Of a stretch of 64,000 nucleotides of DNA, positions 17,541-26,838 are shown in pieces (positions within the stretch are counted from its first letter, which is position 1; the number at the start of each line of letters is the position of its first letter). Made by a program: the position numbers and the translations under genes. The notes beneath the pieces are model-generated. The model did not search any database, was not told where the DNA came from, and saw only the letters and a program-made list of their open reading frames with translations. Where the stretch lies: NCBI GenBank assembly GCA_038324085.1, contig JBBQHP010000013.1, forward strand, positions 30,276 through 94,275, given 5' to 3'. The stretch comes from Burkholderiales bacterium. GTDB lineage: Bacteria > Pseudomonadota > Gammaproteobacteria > Burkholderiales > Ga0077523.

Positions 17541-18526
17541 CCGAATTTCCGTCCGATGCCGCTGCGTACGTCAGCGTGAACCGGCTGGCGGCGCCGCTGG
17601 TCGAGGCGCTGGTGAATTCCGCAGCTGCCCTGCGGATTGCGTTGACCCGCGGCTGGGGCGGCAGCCGGCTGCTCGACGCAGGCATCGACGCGCTCGGCGG
17701 CCTCGAAGCAGGCCGGCGGATCGCGGAGATCTGCATGGGCGGTCTCGGTACCGTGACCCTCGTCCCGGGCGATGGCAAGGTGAGCGGCCTGAGCCATCTC
17801 CACGTCCACAGTTCCAACCCCGTGCTCGCCTGCCTCGCCAGCCAGTACGCGGGCTGGAGCCTCGACCACGGCGAGGGCAAGGATGCCTTCCGCGCGCTGG
17901 CCTCGGGTCCCGGGCGCGCGCTCGCCAGGCGCGAAGCGCTGTTCGCGGAACTCGACTACACCGACCGCGCCGATTGCGCCGTGTTCGTGCTCGAAGTGGA
18001 CCGACCGCCGCCTGATGCGGTGATCGAGAAGATCGCGCGCGACTGCGGACTCGACGCCGATCGGGTCACATTCGTGCTGACACCGACCCGCAGCCTGTCC
18101 GGTGTGGTGCAGATCGTCGCCAGGGTCCTCGAGGTCGCCCTGCACAAGGCGCACGCCCTGGGATTCCCGCTCGCCGCTATCGTCGACGGCAGCGGCGCTG
18201 CGCCACTGCCCCCGCCGGCGCCCGAATTCATCGCCGCCATGGGCCGGACCAACGACGCGATCCTGTTCGGCGGGCAGGTCTGCCTGTACGTCGACGCGAC
18301 CGACGACGCAGCGCGTGCCCTGACCGAAGCGCTGCCTTCCTCCGCTTCGCGCGAGTACGGCAAACCCTTCGCCCAGATCTTCAAGGACTGCGGCCACGAT
18401 TTCTACAAGATCGATCCGATGCTGTTCGCACCCGCCGAAGTACGCGTGTGCAATCTCGCCACCGGGCACGCGTTCAGTGCCGGTCGACGGGACGCGGCGC
18501 GGCTGGCGGAGTCCTTCGGCATTTGA
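17537..18526 (+). CDS. mch: methenyl-H4MPT cyclohydrolase
   Basis: LAAPLVEALV...AGRRIAEICMGGLGTVTL...LASGPGRALA is very similar to known Mch. Its start overlaps the upstream stop (ATGA). Confidence 0.92.
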   Translation: MTEFPSDAAAYVSVNRLAAPLVEALVNSAAALRIALTRGWGGSRLLDAGIDALGGLEAGRRIAEICMGGLGTVTLVPGDGKVSGLSHLHVHSSNPVLACLASQYAGWSLDHGEGKDAFRALASGPGRALARREALFAELDYTDRADCAVFVLEVDRPPPDAVIEKIARDCGLDADRVTFVLTPTRSLSGVVQIVARVLEVALHKAHALGFPLAAIVDGSGAAPLPPPAPEFIAAMGRTNDAILFGGQVCLYVDATDDAARALTEALPSSASREYGKPFAQIFKDCGHDFYKIDPMLFAPAEVRVCNLATGHAFSAGRRDAARLAESFGI

Positions 18527-19440
18527 GATCCGCTGCCTGCATCGCGATCGCGACCGATACGCATGGGTGGCACACGAAACGGCTGGCGCAGGCGTTCGCG
18601 ACGCTGGGCGTCGAAACCAGGGTCGTGTCGCTGGCGGCCTGCCGCGTCGACCTGGACGCGAACCGCTACGGGCTGGTCGTTCCCGGGTTCGGCGACGCAC
18701 TGCCGGACGGCGTGCTGGTGCGCGAGATTGCCGCCGGCAGTTTCGAGCAGGTGACGCTGCGGCTCGGCTTTCTGCACGCCCTCGCCGAATGGGGCGTGCC
18801 CATCTCGAACAGCCCGCGGGCGGTGGAACGGACCGTGGACAAGTCGATGACGTCGATGCTGCTGCGCCGCGCCGGCGTCCCGACGCCGGCCACCTGGACG
18901 CTCGAATCGAGCGCGTTCGCGCGTGGGCTGCTCCTGCGTGAGACCTCGGCCGGACATCGTCTGGTACTGAAGCCGCTGTTCGGATCCCAGGGCAAGGGCC
19001 TGCGCCGGCTTGCCGCCGGTGACGCGTTGCCGGATCCGGCCGAGGTGGCCGGCGTGTTCTATCTCCAGCGCTTCGTCGAACCCGCCGGCGACGACGCGCA
19101 CGACCATCGCCTGTTCGTCGTCGGCGGGCGAACCGTCGCCGCGATGACGCGCCGCGGATCGGACTGGGTGCACAACGTCGCATTGGGCGCGCACTGCTCA
19201 GGCAGCGCGCCGGACCCCGATCTGTGCGACCTGGCGGAGCGCGCCGCGGCGGCCGTCGGCGCCGACTACGCGGGCGTCGACCTGATGCGCGACCGCGACG
19301 GCGCCCCCCTGGTGATCGAAGTCAACGGCATTCCCGCATGGCGCGGCCTGCAGTCGGTGTGTGCGCTCGACATCGCGGCGGCCCTGGCGCAGAACTTCAA
19401 CACGTGTCATCTGGCGAGCGCCGCCCGGGCCGTGCGGTGA
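18523..19440 (+). CDS. RimK-family ATP-grasp ligase (MptN-like glutamate ligase candidate)
   Basis: VLKPLFGSQGKGLRRL...YLQRFV...GVDLMRDRDGAPLVIEVNGIPAW matches the RimK pattern. The probable TTG start at 18523 overlaps the mch TGA (TTGA), with GGAG 11 nt upstream. Confidence 0.75.
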   Translation: MRSAACIAIATDTHGWHTKRLAQAFATLGVETRVVSLAACRVDLDANRYGLVVPGFGDALPDGVLVREIAAGSFEQVTLRLGFLHALAEWGVPISNSPRAVERTVDKSMTSMLLRRAGVPTPATWTLESSAFARGLLLRETSAGHRLVLKPLFGSQGKGLRRLAAGDALPDPAEVAGVFYLQRFVEPAGDDAHDHRLFVVGGRTVAAMTRRGSDWVHNVALGAHCSGSAPDPDLCDLAERAAAAVGADYAGVDLMRDRDGAPLVIEVNGIPAWRGLQSVCALDIAAALAQNFNTCHLASAARAVR

Positions 19441-20342
19441 TCCCGGGTGCCGGGCGCTGCCCCGAACAGGTGGCGCGCGCGTTCGTCGATGCGTGCCTGC
19501 TCGATGTCACGGCCCTCAAGCCCGGCAACGTCGGTCTGCACGGTGCCGGCCACGGCATGAGCGTGGCCGATTTCATCCGCAGCGCGCCGGCGGCGGCGCG
19601 GGAAATCGCCGCCCCGGACGCCACGGTGGGTGAACGCATTGCACGCGCGGTGACGGCCACGCACGCAGCCGTGGGCATGAACACCAACCTGGGAATCGTG
19701 CTGCTGACAGCACCGTTGGCGCATACCGCGCTGATGGCTTCCGGCCGGCTCGAAGCGGTACTGGCAGGACTGAGCGTCGGCGATGCGGCACACGCCTTCC
19801 AGGCCATCCGCATGGCCGCGCCCGGCGGTCTCGGCACCAGCGCGCGGCACGACGTGGCCGCACCCGCGCGCGTGACCTTGCTCGAAGCCATGCGCGAGGC
19901 GGCGCCACGGGACCGCATCGCGTTCCAGTACGACAGCGGCTTTGCCGACGTGCTGGGCCTGGGTCGCAGCGCGCTGGATGCGGCTCGCAGCCGCGGCCTC
20001 GATTGGCGCAGCACTGCGACCGAGGTGTTCATGGCTTTCCTCACCCGCTACCCGGATTCGCACGTGCGGCGTAAACTCGGCGCCTCCCGGGCAACGGCCC
20101 TGCGCGACGCGGCGTCCGCCCTCGCGACACAAGAAGCGGCGCAGCGCCCGGGACGGACCGCACGACTGGTGGCATGGGATCGCGAGCTCAAGGCCGGTGG
20201 CGTCAATCCCGGGACGAGCGCCGATCTCACCGTGGCGACGTTGTTCGCGGCATTTCTGGACGACGGATCGGGTTGGAGCGCAGGTACCGGCTGTCCCGGC
20301 ACCTGCGCACGTGATGGTGGAGGCGTTTCCGCACACCGGTAG
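19437..20342 (+). CDS. triphosphoribosyl-dephospho-CoA synthase (CitG/MdcB)-like protein of the H4MPT island
   Basis: [28 protein letters not shown]...NTNLGIVLL...[10 protein letters not shown] is CitG-like. The GTG start at 19437 overlaps the upstream TGA; an alternative GTG lies at 19470. Confidence 0.75.
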   Translation: MIPGAGRCPEQVARAFVDACLLDVTALKPGNVGLHGAGHGMSVADFIRSAPAAAREIAAPDATVGERIARAVTATHAAVGMNTNLGIVLLTAPLAHTALMASGRLEAVLAGLSVGDAAHAFQAIRMAAPGGLGTSARHDVAAPARVTLLEAMREAAPRDRIAFQYDSGFADVLGLGRSALDAARSRGLDWRSTATEVFMAFLTRYPDSHVRRKLGASRATALRDAASALATQEAAQRPGRTARLVAWDRELKAGGVNPGTSADLTVATLFAAFLDDGSGWSAGTGCPGTCARDGGGVSAHR

Positions 20343-20374
20343 TTGTTCAACGACGACAACGATGGAGGAGAGTC

Positions 20375-20884
20375 ATGGCTAAGATCAACAAGTTGATGGT
20401 AGGCGAGTCGCTGGTCGGTGATGGCAATGAAGTCGCGCACATCGATCTAATCATGGGACCTCGCGGCGGCACCGCCGAAACCGCGTTCGCGAACTGTCTC
20501 ACCAACAACAAGGACGGCTTCACTTCGCTGCTCGCGGTGATCGCGCCCAACCTGATGGCGAAACCGAGCACGGTGATGTTCAACAAGGTCACCATCAAAG
20601 GCGCCAAGCAGGCCGTGCAGATGTTCGGGCCCGCGCAGGCGGCCGTGGCGCGAGCGGTCGCGGACTGCGTCGCCGAGGGCACGATTCCCCAGGACGAGGC
20701 GAACGACATCTTCATCTGCGTCGGCGTGTTCATCCACTGGGACGCCGCCGACGACGCCAAGATCTACGACTACAACTACAAGGCCGTGAAGGAATCGATC
20801 GAACGCGCCGTCCGCGGGGATCCGCAGCCGTCCGAAGTCACCGCCAAGCGGGCCTCGGCCAAGCACCCCTTCTCGCCGAAGTAG
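20375..20884 (+). CDS. fae: formaldehyde-activating enzyme
   Basis: [32 protein letters not shown]...[12 protein letters not shown]...[20 protein letters not shown] is near-identical in pattern to Fae. A GGAGGAG RBS precedes the start. Confidence 0.95.
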   Translation: MAKINKLMVGESLVGDGNEVAHIDLIMGPRGGTAETAFANCLTNNKDGFTSLLAVIAPNLMAKPSTVMFNKVTIKGAKQAVQMFGPAQAAVARAVADCVAEGTIPQDEANDIFICVGVFIHWDAADDAKIYDYNYKAVKESIERAVRGDPQPSEVTAKRASAKHPFSPK

Positions 20885-20911
20885 CCGGGCGCGACGGTCG
20901 TTCGTCGGCGT

Positions 20912-21607
20912 CTAGACGAAACGGCTCAGGGTCGAGCGATCCAGATTACCGTCGTGGATCGCACTCGCCACCAGTACCGCGTGCATGTCCAGGGCCTCCA
21001 GAGTCGCGAGGTCCTGGGCATCGCGCACACCGCCGGCCGCAATCAGACTTTTGCCGGGCGCCGCGCTGCGCAGCCGTCGCAGCCGGTCGCCGGACGGCCC
21101 CTGGAGCGAGCCCACCCGCTCCAATGTCATCGCGATGACCCGCTGCGGCCAACGCTCCGGCTGGTCGAACAATTCCGGCGGGCCGAGGCGAACGTCGTGA
21201 CGGGTGTCGAGCGACAGCATCGCATCGGGCGCTGCGTCGAGCAGTGCAGCGAGCGCATCGGCGGAGCCGAGCGACTCGGTGCCGATGACCACGGTGATGC
21301 CCGGCGCGAGCCACCCTGCGATCGAGGCGCTCGTGCCGAAGCCCGCGTCGATCCACAACGCAAGATCGGGAAACGCGCTCGCCAGGCTCCGCACCGCTTC
21401 GCGATGATCGCCGCATCCGCGAATCGCGTCCAGATCGGCTACGTACAAGGCGGGGAAGGGTGCCAGGGCCAGCAGCCCGCGTGCGACGTCGAGCGGATCG
21501 CTGGAATGCGCCAGCGGTGATACAAGCGGACGATAACGCGAACGTTCGCCGTAGCGCGCTTGCACCACGTGGCCGCCCATCAGATCGATGACCGGGACGA
21601 CGATCAT
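20912..21607 (-). CDS. HisA/HisF-family (beta/alpha)8-barrel protein of the H4MPT island
   Basis: MIVVPVIDLMGGHVVQA...LYVADLDAI...IAAGGVRDAQDL follows the HisA/HisF-like pattern. Confidence 0.75.
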   Translation of the reverse strand: MIVVPVIDLMGGHVVQARYGERSRYRPLVSPLAHSSDPLDVARGLLALAPFPALYVADLDAIRGCGDHREAVRSLASAFPDLALWIDAGFGTSASIAGWLAPGITVVIGTESLGSADALAALLDAAPDAMLSLDTRHDVRLGPPELFDQPERWPQRVIAMTLERVGSLQGPSGDRLRRLRSAAPGKSLIAAGGVRDAQDLATLEALDMHAVLVASAIHDGNLDRSTLSRFV

Positions 21608-21639
21608 GAGCAGGTGGCTGAGCGCACGTTGACGACACC

Positions 21640-22629
21640 TTGAACATCTTCGTCTACGAGCATATCACCGGCGGCGGCCTGATCGGCAGCCCGATGCCGG
21701 CGTCGCTGGCGACGGAAGGCCGGATGATGCGCGATGCGCTGATGCGCGATCTCGTCGCCGTTCCCGGCGTCGAGATCGTGACGTTGCGCGACGCGCGCAT
21801 CGCGCCGCCCCCGGAGCCGGTGCAGTCGATCGTCCTGTCCGATCGCGCGCAGTGGGACAGCGCATTCGATGTGATCGCCGCGAAGGCCGACGCGGTCTGG
21901 CCGATCGCACCGGAGACCGGCGGCATCCTGGAACGGCTCTCCCGCAGAATCGGCCGCGCCGGCCGCCCGCTCATCGGCAGTTCGGCGGAGGCCGTGCACG
22001 TCGCGGCGAGCAAGCGCGAAACGCATCGGGCGCTGGTCGCGTGCGGTGTCGCGTCCGTTACCACGTTCAGCCTGGACGCGAATCCGCCGGACTCACCGGG
22101 TCCCTGGGTGGCCAAGCCCGATGACGGCTGCGGGTGCGCGGACACGTACTGTTTCCCGGACCGGTCAGCGGCGCTTCGTTGGGCGATGTCGCGCGCCGAT
22201 GCCTCGCGTTTCGTGCTCCAGCCGCACGTTGCCGGCGAGGTCCTCAGCCTGTGCGTCCTGGCCCGGGACGCTCGCGCGTGGCTGTTGTGCGTGAATCGGC
22301 AACGCATGCAGTTGCGCGACGGGGCGTTCGTGTTCACGGGCACGGAGGTCAACGCGATCGCGGACCACGGCGGCGATTTCACCGGGCTGGCGCAGGCCGT
22401 CGTTGCCGCGCTGCCGGGATTGCGCGGCTATTGCGGCATCGACGTGATACAAACGCCGTCCGGGCCGATGGTGATCGACGTCAATCCGCGCCTCACGACC
22501 TCCTGGGTGGGGCTCGGCCGTGCCTTGCGTCTCAATCCGGCAGCGCTGGTCCTGGACCTGTTCGCGAACGACGGCTTCACCTTGCCGGCGATCGGAGGAA
22601 CCGTGATCGATGTGCGTGTCGGCGTCTGA
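21640..22629 (+). CDS. ATP-grasp ligase, MfnD-like (tyramine--glutamate ligase candidate)
   Basis: The N-terminus is NIFVYEHITGGG and the C-terminus is GYCGIDVIQTPSGPMVIDVNPRLTTS. TTG start at 21640, only 32 nt from the divergent gene's ATG. Confidence 0.7.
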   Translation: MNIFVYEHITGGGLIGSPMPASLATEGRMMRDALMRDLVAVPGVEIVTLRDARIAPPPEPVQSIVLSDRAQWDSAFDVIAAKADAVWPIAPETGGILERLSRRIGRAGRPLIGSSAEAVHVAASKRETHRALVACGVASVTTFSLDANPPDSPGPWVAKPDDGCGCADTYCFPDRSAALRWAMSRADASRFVLQPHVAGEVLSLCVLARDARAWLLCVNRQRMQLRDGAFVFTGTEVNAIADHGGDFTGLAQAVVAALPGLRGYCGIDVIQTPSGPMVIDVNPRLTTSWVGLGRALRLNPAALVLDLFANDGFTLPAIGGTVIDVRVGV

Positions 22630-22647
22630 CCGCGCTATCCTCGCGGC

Positions 22648-23670
22648 ATGACTTTCGGTTGGGATCTCGGCGGCGCGCACGTGAAGCTCGCGGTGCTGGA
22701 CGACACGGGCCGGCTCGCCCGGGTCGAGCAGGCGCCCTGCCGCCTGTGGCTGGGCCTGGGCGAACTGGAGAACGCGTTGCAGGTGCTGGGGGGCGCCGGC
22801 GCCCCGCTCGATCGCCACGCAGTCACCATGACCGGCGAACTGGTGGACCTCTTTCCGGACCGCGCCGCGGGTGTCCGCGCCATCCTCGATACCTTCCTGC
22901 GCGTCACCGGGGCGCGGGACGTCGCGGTGCTCGCGGGAGACGCCCTGGTGGCGCCGACGGAAGCCTGCGGACGGTGGCGCACGGTGGCGTCCGCCAATTG
23001 GCGCGCGACGGCGCAGGCGACGGCACGCCTCGTGGACGAAGCACTCGTGGTCGATCTCGGCAGCACCACGACCGACCTCATGCCGATCTCTCAGGGCAAC
23101 CCGGTCGATGGCGTGGACGACGACCACGCACGGCTCGCGAAGCAGACGCTCGTGTACACCGGCGTGGTACGCACGCCCCTCATGGCGTTCGCCCGGCATG
23201 CGCCCTTCGGCGGCCGCTGGGTGGGCCTCATGGCCGAATACTTCGCGACTGCCGGTGACCTCTATCGCATCTCCGGCGAGCTTCCGGTGGCATTCGATCA
23301 TGCGGACACCGCGGACGGACGCGGCCGGTCGAAGGCCGAGAGCATCGTGCGCCTCGCGCGCATGATCGGCCTCGACGCACCGGATGCGCCCGACACCGCG
23401 TGGGAGCAGCTCGCCGCGTGGTTCGCACGACGCCAGCTGGACCATCTGTGCAGCGCCTGTGAACGGCAGTTCTCGCGCGGCGCCATCGGTCCCACGGCGC
23501 CCGTGATCGGACTGGGCGTGGGTACGTTCGTCGTGCGCCGGCTTGCCGCGACGCTCGCACGACCCTATCTCGATTTCTCCGTCCTGATGGACGCGCCGGA
23601 GGCACTCGCCCCGGCCGTGGCGGTATGCGGCCCGGCAGTGGCAGTGGCACGGTTCGCCGACGCGCGCTGA
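22648..23670 (+). CDS. hydantoinase-A-like H4MPT-linked C1 pathway protein (MfnF-like)
   Basis: FGWDLGGAHVKLAVL...VVDLGSTTTDL is an ASKHA/hydantoinase-type phosphate-binding pattern. Confidence 0.7.
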   Translation: MTFGWDLGGAHVKLAVLDDTGRLARVEQAPCRLWLGLGELENALQVLGGAGAPLDRHAVTMTGELVDLFPDRAAGVRAILDTFLRVTGARDVAVLAGDALVAPTEACGRWRTVASANWRATAQATARLVDEALVVDLGSTTTDLMPISQGNPVDGVDDDHARLAKQTLVYTGVVRTPLMAFARHAPFGGRWVGLMAEYFATAGDLYRISGELPVAFDHADTADGRGRSKAESIVRLARMIGLDAPDAPDTAWEQLAAWFARRQLDHLCSACERQFSRGAIGPTAPVIGLGVGTFVVRRLAATLARPYLDFSVLMDAPEALAPAVAVCGPAVAVARFADAR

Positions 23671-24257
23671 TGGGCACCGTGGTCGTCAAGATCGGGGGCA
23701 GCCTGATGCACACCGACAAGGCCGCGCGATTGCTCGCCGGCCTGGCCGACACCGGCGACAGGCCGCTCGCGATCGTGCCCGGCGGCGGTGCGTTCGCGGA
23801 CGCCGTCCGCCTCGCGCAGTCAGGGCAGCGCTTCTCCGACACCACCGCGCATCGGATGGCACTGCTCGCAATGGACATGTCGGCATGGATGCTCGCGGAC
23901 CTCGCACCCGCGCTCGTCGTCGCCGGGGAGCTGCGCGAATTCCGCTCGGCCTGGTCGGCGGGGCTCACGCCGGTGTGGGCCCCGGCGCAAATGGCCTCGA
24001 TCGCTGCGGACATTCCGCCATCCTGGGACGTGACCTCCGACAGCCTCGCCGCATGGCTGGCGAATGTGGTGCGCGCCGAGCACCTCCTGGTCGTGAAATC
24101 GTGCGCCGTGCCGGAGGACCATGACCACGATGCCGCCACGCTCGCGCGGGCTGGCATCGTCGACGCCTGTTTCCCGCGCTACGTTGCCGGCGCGGATTTC
24201 ACCTGGCGCGTCGTCTCGGGCGACGTCGCGGCATTGGCCGCGCTCGCCTCAGCCTAG
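23670..24257 (+). CDS. amino-acid-kinase-fold protein (MfnE-like kinase candidate)
   Basis: VVVKIGGSL...AIVPGGGAFAD...TSDSLAAW follows the aspartate/glutamate/uridylate kinase pattern. Its ATG shares 1 nt with the upstream TGA (TGATG). Confidence 0.7.
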   Translation: MGTVVVKIGGSLMHTDKAARLLAGLADTGDRPLAIVPGGGAFADAVRLAQSGQRFSDTTAHRMALLAMDMSAWMLADLAPALVVAGELREFRSAWSAGLTPVWAPAQMASIAADIPPSWDVTSDSLAAWLANVVRAEHLLVVKSCAVPEDHDHDAATLARAGIVDACFPRYVAGADFTWRVVSGDVAALAALASA

Positions 24258-24751
24258 CGAAGCCGCTCGATGCGCTGGGTGAGCGACAAGGACGCGGCGA
24301 GATCGTCCGCACGCCCCCTGCCCTGAATGTCGAGCGCCGGCGCGAGTTCCGCCAACGGCACCATCACGAAAGCGCGCTGATGCATTCTCGGGTGCGGCAC
24401 GGTAAGGCCGTCCTCGCGGTGCTCGTGATCGCCGTACAGAAGCAGGTCCAGATCGAGGGTGCGTGGCCCGTTCAGGTGCTCGCGGACCCTGCCGTGCTCG
24501 CGTTCGATGGCGAGCAGCCGATCGAGCAGGTCGCGCGCCGCGAGCAGGGTCTCGATGCGGGCGACGGCATTCACGAAATCCGGCTGCCCGGCAAAGCCGA
24601 TCGGCGCCGTGCGATAGAACGCGGACACCGCTTCGACGCGCGTTCCGGGCAGCCCGGCCAGCGCTTCGAGCGCACCCGCGAGCTGCCGGTCGGGCATCTC
24701 GAGATTGGAACCGAGTCCGATGTACGCCTCGACCGCGCCTTCAGGCCGCAC
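24254..24751 (-). CDS. folK: 2-amino-4-hydroxy-6-hydroxymethyldihydropteridine diphosphokinase
   Basis: AYIGLGSNL...SAFYRTAPIG...QPDFVNAV...GPRTLDLDLLLYGD...LTVPHPRMHQRAFVMVPL. The GTG start at 24751 overlaps the upstream gene end by 11 nt. Confidence 0.85.
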   Translation of the reverse strand: MRPEGAVEAYIGLGSNLEMPDRQLAGALEALAGLPGTRVEAVSAFYRTAPIGFAGQPDFVNAVARIETLLAARDLLDRLLAIEREHGRVREHLNGPRTLDLDLLLYGDHEHREDGLTVPHPRMHQRAFVMVPLAELAPALDIQGRGRADDLAASLSLTQRIERLR

Positions 24752-25466
24752 GCGCGAGTTCCCGGCAGCGCGCGGTGAAGCGACGCACGCGCACCGCATC
24801 GATGCCCGCCTTCCGGTCATCGTCGACACAGACTCCGCTGCGGACACCGACGATGTCGGCGCCGAGCGCGACCAGCCGTTCGACGTGCTCCAGGCGAATG
24901 GCGCCAGCCAGCGCGACCGCGAGACCGGCCGCATGCGCATCCGCCGCGAAGCCTGCGAGCGCCGCATCGCCTTGCGCGTCGAACAGCGAACGGCCATCCT
25001 TGATCGCGGTGTCGAGCATCACGACGTCGCACTCGGCAGCGACGGCGGCGGCGAGCACCGCACCGGGCTCGAGGCCGCCGAACCGCGCATGGTCCGCGTA
25101 TCCGGCGGCCACGACGGTCACGCCCGCCACCTGATCGCGGCATGCGCGCCGCACCGCGTTCATCACGTCGACCGCCTCCTGGATGTCGCGCACTCCATGC
25201 AATCCCGCCTTGACGTAGCGCGCACCGCTTGCGACAGCGCCCACGGCGGCCAGGGCAGCATTGCCGGGTCGATGATCCAGATCGCCGATCGAGGCGGCAA
25301 ACAGGGTGTCCCGCTCGCCGACCCCGTCGGCAATGGCGCGGATGATCCACGGGTAGTTGGCGCCGAGCGAACCTTCGTCGACGTTCTTGACGTCGATGAT
25401 GTCGGCGCCGCCGGCGTGCGCGGCGCGCGCTTCTTCCAGGCTGATCGCGCTGACCAGCACCCGCAT
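24741..25466 (-). CDS. MfnB-like (5-formylfuran-3-yl)methyl phosphate synthase family protein (DUF556 type)
   Basis: MRVLVSAISLEEARAAHAGGADIIDVKN...YVKAGL...VMLDTAIKDG matches the family as I recall it. ATG at 25466. Confidence 0.78.
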   Translation of the reverse strand: MRVLVSAISLEEARAAHAGGADIIDVKNVDEGSLGANYPWIIRAIADGVGERDTLFAASIGDLDHRPGNAALAAVGAVASGARYVKAGLHGVRDIQEAVDVMNAVRRACRDQVAGVTVVAAGYADHARFGGLEPGAVLAAAVAAECDVVMLDTAIKDGRSLFDAQGDAALAGFAADAHAAGLAVALAGAIRLEHVERLVALGADIVGVRSGVCVDDDRKAGIDAVRVRRFTARCRELARAA

Positions 25467-25471
25467 GGCGG

Positions 25472-25789
25472 TCAGTTCTGATCGAGGAACAAGGTGCGCT
25501 CCTCGTAAGCGTGCAGCAGGCAGGGCACGTCGCCACACGCATCGCGTACCTCCGTCTCCCAGGCCCGCTGTTCGAGCCGGATCTCCTCGCGTCGCTCGTC
25601 GCTCTTCGCGCGGCGGTAGACCTGGAAGAACGAGAAGGCCAGGCGCTCGTTGGCCTCGCTCACACGATCATTGGAACAGATCAGCCGCTCGACGGAGCTC
25701 TTCGGCTTGCTGCAATCCTGTGCCGCGCCGGCAGACCCTGCGATGGCAACGCACGCCAGCAATGCCAATGCACAACAGGTCCGGATCAT
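25472..25789 (-). CDS. exported DUF1311 (LprI-like) protein
   Basis: Signal peptide is MIRTCCALALLACVAIAGSAGA. The pattern C..ERLIC...ANERL...QRAWE..RDAC fits DUF1311. It ends 5 nt upstream of the MfnB-like gene. Confidence 0.65.
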   Translation of the reverse strand: MIRTCCALALLACVAIAGSAGAAQDCSKPKSSVERLICSNDRVSEANERLAFSFFQVYRRAKSDERREEIRLEQRAWETEVRDACGDVPCLLHAYEERTLFLDQN

Positions 25790-25822
25790 GAGCGTTCTCC
25801 CCGCATCGACAGGCACTGCATT

Positions 25823-26698
25823 CTAGGGCGCGATGAAGCGTTCGATCAGGGCGTTCACGCGCTCGCCACGCTCATGCACGACCCAGTGCGATGCGTCCGG
25901 GATGCGCTCCACGCGCAGGTCGTCCACGTGATCCTCGAGCCCGTCGAGCACGCCCGGCAACAGGGCGCAATCGCGTTCGCCCCAGATCACCAGCGTCGGA
26001 ACGCGCACGTGAAACTGGGCGGGGTCGAGCACGGGGAACGGCGTATCCGGTTCCGGCGGATGCAGCGGCGAGGCCCGATACCAGTTGAGCATCGAGCTCA
26101 GCGCGCCCGGCTGCGACCAGGCATCGACATAGCCGGCGACCGTTGCCGGCGAAGCGTCGCCGTCGTTCGCTCCCCATTGCTCGACGGTCATGCGTTTCAG
26201 GCGCCGGTAGCCGCCTTCGACCAGCACGCGCTCCGCCTTGTCCGTCCGTAACAGCGTCATGTACGCGCTCGCCGCCACCTGCGCCGGATTGTCCTGCAGT
26301 TCGCGCAGGAATGTGATCGGATGCGGCGCATTGAGGATCACCAGTTTGTCGACGCGGTCCGCGTGCCACGCCGCGACGTTCCACGCGATTGCCCCACCCC
26401 AGTCATGCGCCACGAGCGTGAAGCGCTCGTGACCGAGCGCCGTGGCGAGCTGGATGACATCCTCCACCAGCGGCTTGGCGCGGTAGTCGCGGACCGCGGG
26501 CGGCTTGGACGACAGGTTGTAGCCGCGCTGATCCGGGGCGACGCAGTGATGGGTCGCGGCGAAATGTTCGAGCTGTCGTCGCCACATTCCGGAATATTCC
26601 GGAAACCCGTGCAGGAACAGCAGCAGTGGACCGGACCCCGCTTCGAGCAGGTGCAGGTGCTGGCCGTTGTCGAGATCGACGGAACGCGAACCAATCAT
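25823..26698 (-). CDS. alpha/beta hydrolase, epoxide-hydrolase/dehalogenase-like (Asp nucleophile)
   Basis: Has the HGFPE oxyanion motif and the VAHDWGGAIAW nucleophile elbow with Asp. ATG at 26698. Confidence 0.8.
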   Translation of the reverse strand: MIGSRSVDLDNGQHLHLLEAGSGPLLLFLHGFPEYSGMWRRQLEHFAATHHCVAPDQRGYNLSSKPPAVRDYRAKPLVEDVIQLATALGHERFTLVAHDWGGAIAWNVAAWHADRVDKLVILNAPHPITFLRELQDNPAQVAASAYMTLLRTDKAERVLVEGGYRRLKRMTVEQWGANDGDASPATVAGYVDAWSQPGALSSMLNWYRASPLHPPEPDTPFPVLDPAQFHVRVPTLVIWGERDCALLPGVLDGLEDHVDDLRVERIPDASHWVVHERGERVNALIERFIAP

Positions 26699-26838
26699 GT
26701 CACGATGGTACCGCGACTGGCGTGCATCCAGATGCTCCCGTGGTGCGTAACCTGCCAGACGGTGGCGCGTGTTTTGGCGATCGGATATGGTCCGGACGCC
26801 GCCACGACGACGGCGCAACCCGCACTCAGGAGATCTGA

